Shown here one piece after another: positions 19,025-28,302 of a stretch of 64,000 nt of DNA; the first letter of the stretch is position 1; every line of letters starts with the position of its first letter. The translations under genes were made by a program, and so were the position numbers. This DNA comes from an uncultured Chloroflexia bacterium (GTDB lineage Bacteria > Chloroflexota > Ktedonobacteria > Ktedonobacterales > JADMIN01). The stretch is taken from positions 400,958-464,957 of the forward strand of contig CAWJCH010000015.1 of assembly GCA_963841205.1 (NCBI GenBank), read 5' to 3'. Below the pieces are notes generated by a model. It did not search any database. It was not told the DNA's origin and saw nothing but the letters and a program-made list of their open reading frames with translations.

Positions 19025-19161
19025 CTTCATGTATGTCACTCACCGGGGAAGGATGAGTTCAGAAACCATGAATCGTCACTTGTGTACACGTCCCACGGCA
19101 ATGTGACCGCGTCACCGTGGTCGCTGACGCCTCTGCACCAGTTTCCAGCACGCCTCGCGGA

Positions 19162-20183
19162 TCATGCGGGCACGACGTAGGGGAAACCTTTCCTCCTGCG
19201 CTGCGCCGAGATGGATGGTTTCAGCCCAGAAGGTATCGCCGTGTTCACCACGAGGGACAACATCGCTTCGGGCGCGTTGTCTGCCAGCGTGCGTCCGTTG
19301 CGGGCGGCAAAGCTGTAGGTCGCCGGCGTACCGATCACATACGATAGGACATCGGGAAATAGTTCCTGAGCGACGGTCTCGCCGTACCCGTGGGGGTCCT
19401 CTGCGGTCCCGCTCGCGGCAACAACGGCGGCTATCTCGTCGCCGAGAGATGTGCCAACTGATTTGACGTCCTCCGACGGGTGCCGGGCATTGGCGGGGTT
19501 GTCGAATTTGGTGTCATCGGGCCAGAAGATCGGCCACATCATCGGGTGTCCGGCGCGGTTGATTTGCTGCCAGCCGCCTGCGTCCGTGGCAAGCTTGGTG
19601 ACGCACCAGACACCGACCTGGGCGCCGGGCCGCAACTGCGGATGCTAGTGGGAGACCTCCAGGACAATAGATTCGACGGTCGTGTTGCCAAAGCTGTTCT
19701 CTGCCTTTTCCGCGTGCCATCCCGACAGATCGAGCGCGGTCCCGCCTCTGACGGCCGCGTTGACCATGCCGAGCAGCGACAGGTCGATGTAGAAGGAGTC
19801 GGTGATGCGCCCTGCCCACAGCCGCGTGCCAGGGACGTTGGCTACCTCGCCGGTCCTCCCCTCCAGCACGAGTTGGCCCGTTGCAGCGTCTTCGCGGGCC
19901 TCATCCCCGGTGAGGGCGAGCAATTGCAGCGCCTGTCGCCTGTTTGCATCCGGTTCCCCAAAGGACACCCGGAAGGTCAGCGCTTCAAATGCGGCTCGTC
20001 GAAATGCACTTTGAACTCGTAGCGCGCCTCGTGATGGAAGCCCCGCTGGACATCGGGTCCGGTGATGGTAGAGTTGACATCCATGATGAACACGGTGCTG
20101 TTGACACCGGAAAAGACGTAGAGGTCGTCGATATAGAGTTGGCCATTCTGGCGTGCGAGCGGCGTATCCAAGTGGTGGGACAT
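19162..20183 (-). pseudogene. DUF4331-like protein pseudogene
   Basis: MSHHLDTP...DDLYVF start, QINRAGHP and NGRTLADN motifs. Frameshift near 19996 and in-frame TAG at 19645-19647. Confidence 0.8.
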
Positions 20184-20774
20184 GGTGATCCTCCGTTATG
20201 TTCTTGGGTCGTGTCCTTCGCCTCAAGGAGAAGTCGGTCAGGCGAGGCGTATCTTCTTCGTTGTGGGGAGCGGGGCGCTAGCAGTGCCCAGATCAGCCTC
20301 CTGCAACATTCAGACCAGCCACTCGTGTCAGCCCAGTCGAGGCCTATCCCCAAATTGCCGAGAAACTGGAGGATGCCCTCGACTGCGACAGTAAATGGGG
20401 GGGTGTTCGGCGGCCATGAGGATGGCAGATCGAAGCCTCTCCTTGGTACTGCGCAATCTACTAGGCTCACTCACCACTTCGACCACTGCCGTTGGCGCTA
20501 TGCCGCCACCGCTTTCCCCAAATCGTCCGTCACCTGATCATACGAGAAGTATCCGAGCCGACCGATCGTTACAGGCAGCATGTCGCTCGGGAGGACGACG
20601 AAGAGCAGTGTATCCCGAACAATTATGACTCCTCCAACCGCGTGCACCGCAGGCCTGACATCGTCAGCGACCCAGACAGCGTCATCGTTCGACATGAAGG
20701 GGTATCGGTACTTCACGCCCCCACCTCTCTATATACGGTGGCCGTTGTATCGCTGTGGCTGCGTGCCCACCGAG

Positions 20775-22254
20775 TCAGGCCGTCAAAGTAGAGAGCGAAT
20801 CCAGGGCAGCGACCTTGTCCTCGGCCTCCGCCTCCAGTAGCTCTAGGTGCTGAGTGAGCAAGTCGCCAGCGCTGTTTTCAGGTTTGTCACCGAGCGCCAG
20901 CACACCATGTGCAGCGAAGATACCGAGTAGCATCTGAATGAGGTGCTTGACCCGTTCTGGTTGCTCAATTGCCGAGTCCATTCCCCCTTCGACCCACGGC
21001 GGCACCGTACCGTCGCGTTCAAGCACATCCGCCTTGCGCGCCTCCAGACGCTTTGCCTCCTTCGTCGCGATCAGTTCACCTAACTGCCGGAGGGGGGCGG
21101 AGGCAACCGAGGCATCTTGTACCTCGAGCGCCTTCACCACGCCGAGCGACATGCGACGGAGGAGGCGCTGGCGACCTTCATAGCGATGTGCTCGTACCAA
21201 GTCACGCCCTTCTGCATTGAGAGGAGGAGCATCGGCCAACCGAGCGAAGTCGTGGCGCAGCGCTTCCCAGGTTGGATCGGTCTGCCAGCGCGAACGCACC
21301 TTGCCGCGCCCTGGCGTGGTGAGCCGCAGCCAATGCGCGGTGAGGTGCTGGAAGAAAGCGTCAGCGTGGGCGAACAGTTTGGGGAACGTTGCCAGATGCG
21401 GCAACGCTTCCGCCGAGAGTTCTGCCGCCACCTATAAGTCAAGGTCCTCTTCGTCCGTCCCGTCCGACTCGGGGGCGAGCCGGAAGCTCTTCATGCCCTC
21501 GCGCCGGATCTGGAACTCCAGGCGCCAGACGGTCTTCTCGGGATCGAAGGTGGTCGGGTTACGCCCGGCGAGGAGCGCGAAATAGCCCTCGTCGTGGCGG
21601 GCGCGCCGTTCAGTGCTCTTTCAGTGCTCTTGTCGTAGAGGCGGGCCAGGATCGCGTCGCCCGATCCGAAACGAAAGCCGGTGCAATAGTTCCCCTCGAA
21701 GTAGGGATGCCATTGATGCGGCGCGGCTTGACGAATCGTTCGATCTCGCCCGTATCGAAGGTGGGCGAGAACCCACCTTGCCAGTCGATGTGCAGGTCGA
21801 AGCGGGAGGGCGTCACCGTCTCGAAGGTGCAGACCGCCCGCACGTCCTGTGCTTTCTGGTCGTGCAAGAGCTTGGCGCGAATCCAGGCGAGCGATGCCTC
21901 CACCGCGCCACGTGCGCCGTCCTCGTGGGTATGGAGGAAGAAGCTGCGGAGTTCGACGTACAGCCCCGGCCAGGTCGTCATATGCTCTCCAGCGACCTTG
22001 ACCGTGAAATCCTCCAATTCAATGATGAAGCTGTACCCCCTGCCACCCGAGGGCAGCAGGCGCGCCCTGAGCCAGTCGGGGCAGTAGGCGACGCCCTCAC
22101 GGGCCAAGACTTGGGCCGTCGCCTTGTCCTCATCGAGCTTGGCGCGTACCGCCTGGCTGATGCGCGCTTGGCTGGAGTAGGTGATGGTGTCAAAGCCTGC
22201 TAGTTGCGGCACCGCATCCGATGCCGCTGGCGTAGGCTGTTTTGCTCGTGTCAC
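20775..22254 (-). pseudogene. Rep_trans-like rolling-circle replication initiator pseudogene
   Basis: Joined fragments give SRFDLHID...TGFRFGSG..ARLYDK...VWRLEFQ. Lesions: 1-bp loss near 21712, 11-bp duplication at 21609-21630, TAG at 21432-21434. Confidence 0.65.
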
Positions 22255-22306
22255 GTTACAGGCTCCATTCGTCTTCGCCCCAATGAGGCGCCTTGCGATA
22301 ATGGGA

Positions 22307-22344
22307 GAGCCGCCGACCCCGATGCTGTCAGGGTTCGACGGCTC
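22307..22344. other. Imperfect GC-rich hairpin between rep and recombinase (possible origin or regulatory stem)
   Basis: GAGCCGCCGACCCCGA / TCAGGGTTCGACGGCTC inverted repeat. Confidence 0.4.
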
Positions 22345-22573
22345 GCTTGCGTCACTTAACAGGGCCGTGATTACTTCTGTGGACTCGAGTGGACATAGGA
22401 AAGTGGTTTTGTAAACCGCAGGTTCATAATCAGGGCGATTTCCCGAACACGGTCATGGTCTATCTGTCTGAAGGACGAAACAAAGAAATACCTGTCGTCC
22501 TTTCCTGGCCTGACAAGCGATCTGCCAAAGGCGTATAGTGAGTTCACACTGCTTAGACGCCGGAGGTACCACG

Positions 22574-24517
22574 ATGAAATTCGATGCACCACCAAACTCG
22601 TCGGCTCCTGCTGGGGTCATTCCTACAGGCGCCAAGCGTGCCATCATATACTGCCGTGTCTCCTCGCCGGGCCAGAAAGAGAACGGGTCCCTCGATGAGC
22701 AAGAGGCGAGATGCAGGGCGTGGTGCGTCGAGCATGACTGCGAGGTTGTCGCTGTCTACCATGAGGTCTATAGCGGCGAGGACATCGATCGGCCCGAGCT
22801 CGAGACTGTGATGCAGCAAATCAAAGCAGGCGGGATAGATACGGTTGTCGTCGACAAAGTAGACCGATTCTCCCGCGCAGATCCGGCTATTACCGCCTAC
22901 ATCATGGTGGAAGCGGAGCAGTATGGCGCGAGTGTGGAGTTCGTCGAAGTACAAGACGACTCATTTGAGGGCCAGATCCTGCGTGCCGTATTGTCCATCG
23001 TCGCGCGCGTTGAGCACAACCGAATAAAAGAGCGCGTGAGTGCTGGTAAGCGCCGGCGCGTGCTCGGCGACCCAGAAAAAGGCCGCCCTCCTCGGCTGCT
23101 TCCAGGGAATGTGCCGAAATACGGCTGGAAGTACCGAGATGACGAGAAGTCAGCCTATGATCTCGATCCGCATCAAGCGAGTGTAATGACGCGGATCTAT
23201 CGCGAACTAGGCGACGACGGTCGAAGCCTCAATGCGATCTGCAGGGACTTGGAAAATGAAGGCGAACTTCCGCCGACGGCTTCCCTAGTCGCCGAGGGCT
23301 ACAAGATTGGCGGCCGCAAAGTAAGCCCACACTGGCATCCTTCGAGCATTGCACGGATGCTTAAGGAACCCTGCTACTGGGGCGAGGCGGTGGCGTATCG
23401 CTACGAAGCGTTCGAAGGTAGCAAGCGCGATCCTCATACCAACCGCATTAGAAAGAAGAAGCGGACGCGGTACCGCGACCCTGTGAGCGAGATGGTCGTG
23501 CAGTACCCTCAGGAAATTTGGCCTCCTATCGTACCCAAGGAATTGGCGATGCGCGCTATCGCGCGCCTTCGAAAAAACAAATTGGATTCGGAACGTAATC
23601 TCAAGCATACGGACGTATCGTTCCTCAGAGCTGGTCTTGCGCTCTGTGGGTATTGTGGTGGTCATCTTAACGTGCACGCGCACCAGACGGTAAAGGATGG
23701 GCCAATTACCCTGCGGTTCGTCTGCGGGCAACATCGCGCGTATTTGCGACGCCGCCCCGCTGCCAAACCGTGCCCTGCAATCACCCAATTCAGCGTCCGC
23801 GTACAACAACTCGAAGACGCCGCATGGGCATTCATTTTTGAGGCGATGCGCGATCCCCGACGGGTCCCCGACACCTACGAACGCCTTACTGCACGGGAGG
23901 CCACCGTGCGCGCTCAGCAAGGGGAAAGAAGCGACCGACTCAAGAAACTCATCAGCGACGCGATCGGTCGACGTGACGAATACATGCGTGCCGTCGGGTT
24001 GACTCATGACGCCGAAATGAAGATGGGATACATGCGCCTTGCTGAGGAACAGAACGCGCAGACGCGTTCTTGGCAGAGCGAACTCGATCGCGTCGAGCAT
24101 GACATGAATCGGGAACTTGCCGAGACTGAGGCCGTTCGCTCTGCCATTACCGAGATCAATTCGCAGACCGTACGGCTCTTGCGGATGGACACGGCAGATC
24201 GGCGACGCCTTGCCGAGTCGCTCGGGGTGCGGGTGGTCGTCTATCGCGACTCACACGAACCCTGGTTCTTCCTCGTCAGCGATCTGCCTGGTATGATGGC
24301 GATGTGGAAAGCGCGTCGGCACCAGCGGGCACCGGTCGAGCCTGTGCGATTCAGTGATGAAGAGGTTGCAGGCCTGACGGCAGATTGGACAGACGACGAT
24401 CCCGGTCACGTGGTGTACAGAGATGCGGTCTCTAAGTGGACCGCACCCGTCCCCACGCGCTCTATTGGCGCGACGGCGCAACCGCGCGAGAAGCGTGCTC
24501 CCGCCTCCGTGCGCTAA
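22574..24517 (+). CDS. Large serine recombinase (integrase); last 27 codons are the displaced fabH 3' end
   Basis: AIIYCRVSS catalytic motif, DRFSR, recombinase domain, CGYCG zinc ribbon, coiled coil. GGAGG RBS before ATG 22574. Confidence 0.93.
   Translation: MKFDAPPNSSAPAGVIPTGAKRAIIYCRVSSPGQKENGSLDEQEARCRAWCVEHDCEVVAVYHEVYSGEDIDRPELETVMQQIKAGGIDTVVVDKVDRFSRADPAITAYIMVEAEQYGASVEFVEVQDDSFEGQILRAVLSIVARVEHNRIKERVSAGKRRRVLGDPEKGRPPRLLPGNVPKYGWKYRDDEKSAYDLDPHQASVMTRIYRELGDDGRSLNAICRDLENEGELPPTASLVAEGYKIGGRKVSPHWHPSSIARMLKEPCYWGEAVAYRYEAFEGSKRDPHTNRIRKKKRTRYRDPVSEMVVQYPQEIWPPIVPKELAMRAIARLRKNKLDSERNLKHTDVSFLRAGLALCGYCGGHLNVHAHQTVKDGPITLRFVCGQHRAYLRRRPAAKPCPAITQFSVRVQQLEDAAWAFIFEAMRDPRRVPDTYERLTAREATVRAQQGERSDRLKKLISDAIGRRDEYMRAVGLTHDAEMKMGYMRLAEEQNAQTRSWQSELDRVEHDMNRELAETEAVRSAITEINSQTVRLLRMDTADRRRLAESLGVRVVVYRDSHEPWFFLVSDLPGMMAMWKARRHQRAPVEPVRFSDEEVAGLTADWTDDDPGHVVYRDAVSKWTAPVPTRSIGATAQPREKRAPASVR
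24434..24447 (+). repeat. Right attachment-site core AAGTGGACCGCACC (inside recombinase gene)
   Basis: Identical to 18552-18565. Read as KWTAP in the recombinase frame. Confidence 0.9.
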
Positions 24518-24635
24518 CTCTGCACGGGGTTTCCGGCTCATCCAAATCCTACGCGCGTGCGCTATGCTCTGTCGGTGCTACACGCGGACGGGCTCTGCGT
24601 ATCCGTAACCTCATCATTTTCAGGAGATCAATCGT

Positions 24636-24998
24636 ATGGGACTCCGCCCGACGCAGATGATTCTGCGCACCACCTTCGTCATCAACCTGATCCTCGGTAT
24701 CGCCTTCTGGACTGGGCACGAGAACCAGACCGTGAAGGGCATCCACATGCTCCTCGGCATCGTCTTCGTGGCAGCCCTGTTTTGGTTCGGCGCGGCCCAA
24801 GCGATGCGCGGCGGCAGTCTCGCCATCACGGCGGGCACGTTCGTCATCGGTCTCGCGCTCGCCGTCGTCGGCCTGACGCAAGAGGGCATCGATACAGGAT
24901 GGATCAAGGTGGTTCATCTTCTCCTCGCGGTCCTCGCGATCGGGCTTGCCGAGATGGCCGGGGCGCGTACCAATCGGATAAACGCCAGCAAGGCATAG
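24636..24998 (+). CDS. Small four-TM membrane protein
   Basis: 120 aa hydrophobic ORF with HMLLG and HLLL motifs. AGGAG RBS. Confidence 0.75.
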   Translation: MGLRPTQMILRTTFVINLILGIAFWTGHENQTVKGIHMLLGIVFVAALFWFGAAQAMRGGSLAITAGTFVIGLALAVVGLTQEGIDTGWIKVVHLLLAVLAIGLAEMAGARTNRINASKA

Positions 24999-25045
24999 TC
25001 GAAGATCTCGCCAGGCTACCCGCTCCGTCGCCCCAAGTTCTAGAG

Positions 25046-26310
25046 GTGAGCGCGGCGCGTTTTGAGGTCAGATGCCGCGGGCGTAAACCGCGCGGGCTGG
25101 GTACGGATGACTCGTTCACCGTGCGGACGGTAGTGGTCGGCAACCGCATCAGCGTCCGCGCCGCCCGGACGGAGCGTAGCTTCGTCGCCGAACTGGAGCG
25201 CATCGTCGGCATGGCCGCCCCGCATCTTTCGTCAGATGCGCCGAATCTCCTCGTGCTCGCCGAGCTCCTCGGGGTGCCCGCCGCGCTGTGTGGGCTGCGA
25301 GCATGGCCTGCGCGCCAGGCACGCACCTCGGAGTCCGCGCTCGCCCTGCTGGTGCTGGCCTACCTGCCGCGCGTGCTGCGGGTTCGTCGCCGCTGGAAGG
25401 GCATCTCGCTGGCGCGTGCGCTGCTCCTGGCGCGAGCCGATGCCCTCTACCATCCCTTCGTCGAGGCCCTCTCGCGGCTCGCGAGCAGCACCGCACGCAC
25501 ATCGTGGCGACCACGATCGCCCCGCGCATCCGCTTCTCGCGCCGTGTGTTCGATGCTCTGCGCTGGGGCGATATCAGCGCCCGCGGCGTCTACCTCGCCG
25601 ATGGACCCGAGGTCTACAACGCCGCGCTCGTGTTCGGTCCCGATGGTGCCCTGCTCGGTCGCGTCGACAAAGTCCACCTCACCAGCAGCGAGGTGGAGAC
25701 CCTCGACCTGACGCCGGGTCGCATGGAAGATGTCCGCGTGATACGGACGAGCGCGGGTTGCCTCGGCGTCGCCATCAGCCTGGATGCTTTCACACCAGAT
25801 TTCTGCCAGCACCCACACGCACAACACGCCGAGATCGTCGTGCAGCCTGACTCAAACGACATGCCGTGGGCCGGCGCCAGCGCGCGCAATAACTGGCAGC
25901 CTGCCGAGTGGCTTGGCTCCGTTCTCGGCTCGATCCAGCCCGCCTACCCGAACTTGCGTTACAACGTCTGCGCAATGCAGACCGGTAACTTCTTCGACGT
26001 CACCTTCGACGGCCAATCGAGCATTACGTCGAAATCCGACACACCATCGGACCCACGCGACCGCGAGCGTACATTCGTCGGTATTGATGCCTACGTTCAC
26101 CCCGATACGGGCGAGCCGCTGCTGGGCACGATGTTGGCTGTCTCGCCGTGGATCGCGCCCGATCCGGTCGTTGCCGAGTCCGAACTCCGTTTGGAGGAAC
26201 GTCGAGCACGGTTGGCGGCGGAGGGGCGCGAGCTGCTTCCGGGCGGCCGCCGCGTCAACCAGTCTTGCGAATCCGTGATCTTGGCCGATCTCTCCGTGCG
26301 CAACGCATGA
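25046..26310 (+). pseudogene. Carbon-nitrogen hydrolase (nitrilase superfamily), frameshifted near 25483 (true pseudogene or sequencing error)
   Basis: LLVLAE in the first frame. YNAALVFGPDG...DKVHL and GVAISLD in the second frame. Confidence 0.7.
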
Positions 26311-26367
26311 GCACGGTAAAATGCTTGGTGACGTGAGCGCCAATTGCGTTAGCGGGGAGCGCGGAAG

Positions 26368-27462
26368 ATGCAGGACGAAATCGTGATGCTCGAAGATAAC
26401 ACCGCAGAGGTGCTCGCGAACTGGGGGCTGAAGCCCGGCGACGTTGAAACCGTCGGCTTCGTCAAGGGCAGCCTCGAAGGCCTCGCTCGCCCGATCGTGG
26501 GCATCGGTGGCGCGCGCTACGTGGTTCGCCGACAGCCGCGCGATTTGACCGAGGCCGACACGCTTTTCCGACACAGCTTCATGCGTCACCTAGGTGCACG
26601 CGGCCTGCCGGTTCCCGAGTTGCTGCCCAGGCCCGGTGGCTTCAGCTACGCCGTGGTCGAGGACGGCATCTACGAGCTACAAGGCTGGAGTGAGGGGCGG
26701 CGCTACACCACCGGGGATCCCGACGAAGCGGAAATGCGGGAAGCCGCCGCATCCCGCCTTGGCGCGCTCCACCAAGCCTCGGCGGAATTTAAGTGGCAGC
26801 CGCACCGCTGGCCCGACGATCGCTCCTCGCTCGCCGTGACGCAGGCCTACATCGCGCTGATTCGCCAGCGGTCGGAGGAATCCGAATTGCCGCCGAGCGT
26901 CGCGCAGGGCCTCGCGCGGGTGGCGGAGGGCTGCGAAGCTCGGCTCGACGCGGCGATCAATGCGCTTGAAGCGGCGCCGCGTCCGCCGGAGCTGCACATC
27001 CACGGCGACTTCCAGCCGCACAACCTCGCATTCGCGCCGGGCGTCGGGCAAGGGCTCGCCGCGATCTACGACTTTGACGCCGCGCGTTACGAGCGGCGCG
27101 TCGACGAGCTGGCCTATGCGCTGCTCTACTTCGCCGGTGCGCGCTGGGATGAGGACATGACGGTGACGCCCCCGCTCGTCGATGAGGGGTTAGACGTGCT
27201 CGCGGCGCATCGCTTCCTCGCCGCGTATGGGACCGAGGCGCCACCCGCCGAGGGGGAGGCGCGGCTACTCGCCGACGCGTTGACGCTCGCCTTCCCGCTC
27301 GTCTTCGCCAACGGCATCGCCGAAGACCTCGTCTTTCACGACGATTTCGACGGCGAGCCAAACGAGGAAGACGCGCTGGCGCGGCTGCAGTGGGCCGACG
27401 CATTCTGGCTCTGGCTCGATCGCTATCGCGACTCGCTAGCGCATGCCTGGGAAAACGTATAA
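26368..27462 (+). CDS. Phosphotransferase (homoserine kinase type II/APH-like)
   Basis: LGALH, HIHGDFQPHNL, IYDFD. Confidence 0.8.
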   Translation: MQDEIVMLEDNTAEVLANWGLKPGDVETVGFVKGSLEGLARPIVGIGGARYVVRRQPRDLTEADTLFRHSFMRHLGARGLPVPELLPRPGGFSYAVVEDGIYELQGWSEGRRYTTGDPDEAEMREAAASRLGALHQASAEFKWQPHRWPDDRSSLAVTQAYIALIRQRSEESELPPSVAQGLARVAEGCEARLDAAINALEAAPRPPELHIHGDFQPHNLAFAPGVGQGLAAIYDFDAARYERRVDELAYALLYFAGARWDEDMTVTPPLVDEGLDVLAAHRFLAAYGTEAPPAEGEARLLADALTLAFPLVFANGIAEDLVFHDDFDGEPNEEDALARLQWADAFWLWLDRYRDSLAHAWENV

Positions 27463-27497
27463 TGCCGCCAGAACGGTCTAATTGAGGGGAAAGTGTC

Positions 27498-28265
27498 ATG
27501 ACGCAACCTTCCGAAGAAAGTCAGTCGCTCAAGGGCCAGGTAGCCCTCATCACCGGCGCGACCGCTGGCATCGGTGCCGCCGTCGCCAACGCGTTCCTCA
27601 ATGCGGGCGCGGACCTCATCGCCGTGGCACGGCGCGATGATCGGTTGAATGCATTGGTCCAGCGCGCGGAGCAGTTGGGGCAACACTGCGTGGTCGTCAC
27701 GGGCGATGTGCGCGACGAAGCCACCGCGCAGAACGCCGTTGAGGCAGCGGTCCGCAACTTCAGCCAGCTCGACATCCTCGTCAACAACGCCGGCGTCGGC
27801 ATCTACAAGCTGATTGAGGACACCTCCGCCGCTGACTTCGACACGATGATGGACACCAACATGCGCGGCACCTTCCTCTTCACGCGCTATGCCGTGCCGG
27901 TCATGCTGCGCCAGGCCTCCGGCACCATCGTCAATGTAGCCTCGATGGCCGGCGTGATGGGCTTCCCCAACGAGGCGGTCTATTGCGCCTCCAAATTCGC
28001 CCAGGTCGGCTTCACACAGGCGCTCGACCGCGAGCTGCGGCCCAAGGGCATCAAGGTCGGCGTCGTCTGCCCCGGCGGCGTCAAGACGGAGTTCGCGCTG
28101 GGCACGGGTCGTACCGAAGAGGGCGTCGCCGAGTCGCAGATGCTCGAGGCCGAGGACGTCGCGCGCTCGGTGATGCTGATGGTCACGCAGCCGCCGCACT
28201 CGCGTATTTTAGAGATTCGCATGCGCCCGATGGTCGAGCCGCTCGCCGGCAGGGACCTCGAATAG
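27498..28265 (+). CDS. SDR family oxidoreductase
   Basis: TGATAGIG, NNAG, YCASK. Confidence 0.93.
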   Translation: MTQPSEESQSLKGQVALITGATAGIGAAVANAFLNAGADLIAVARRDDRLNALVQRAEQLGQHCVVVTGDVRDEATAQNAVEAAVRNFSQLDILVNNAGVGIYKLIEDTSAADFDTMMDTNMRGTFLFTRYAVPVMLRQASGTIVNVASMAGVMGFPNEAVYCASKFAQVGFTQALDRELRPKGIKVGVVCPGGVKTEFALGTGRTEEGVAESQMLEAEDVARSVMLMVTQPPHSRILEIRMRPMVEPLAGRDLE

Positions 28266-28302
28266 ATAATCCCGTTGAAACTGAACGATAGCTGACTCGA
28301 AG

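Larger units (their letters stand above)
18552..24447. mobile_element. Integrative element (~5.9 kb) inserted in the fabH 3' end; carries a large serine recombinase and decayed rep and DUF4331 genes
   Basis: Flanking 14-bp direct repeat AAGTGGACCGCACC at 18552-18565 and 24434-24447. Recombinase lies at the right end. GC visibly lower than flanks. Confidence 0.9.

Noticed and set aside
20498-20716. 72-aa ORF inside the integrative element as a possible directionality factor
   Set aside because: No recognisable motif, so coding status and function cannot be supported.
24557-25711. 384-aa ORF as a single gene
   Set aside because: Its 5' part overlaps the real membrane-protein gene; only the middle is the N-terminal half of the frameshifted nitrilase.
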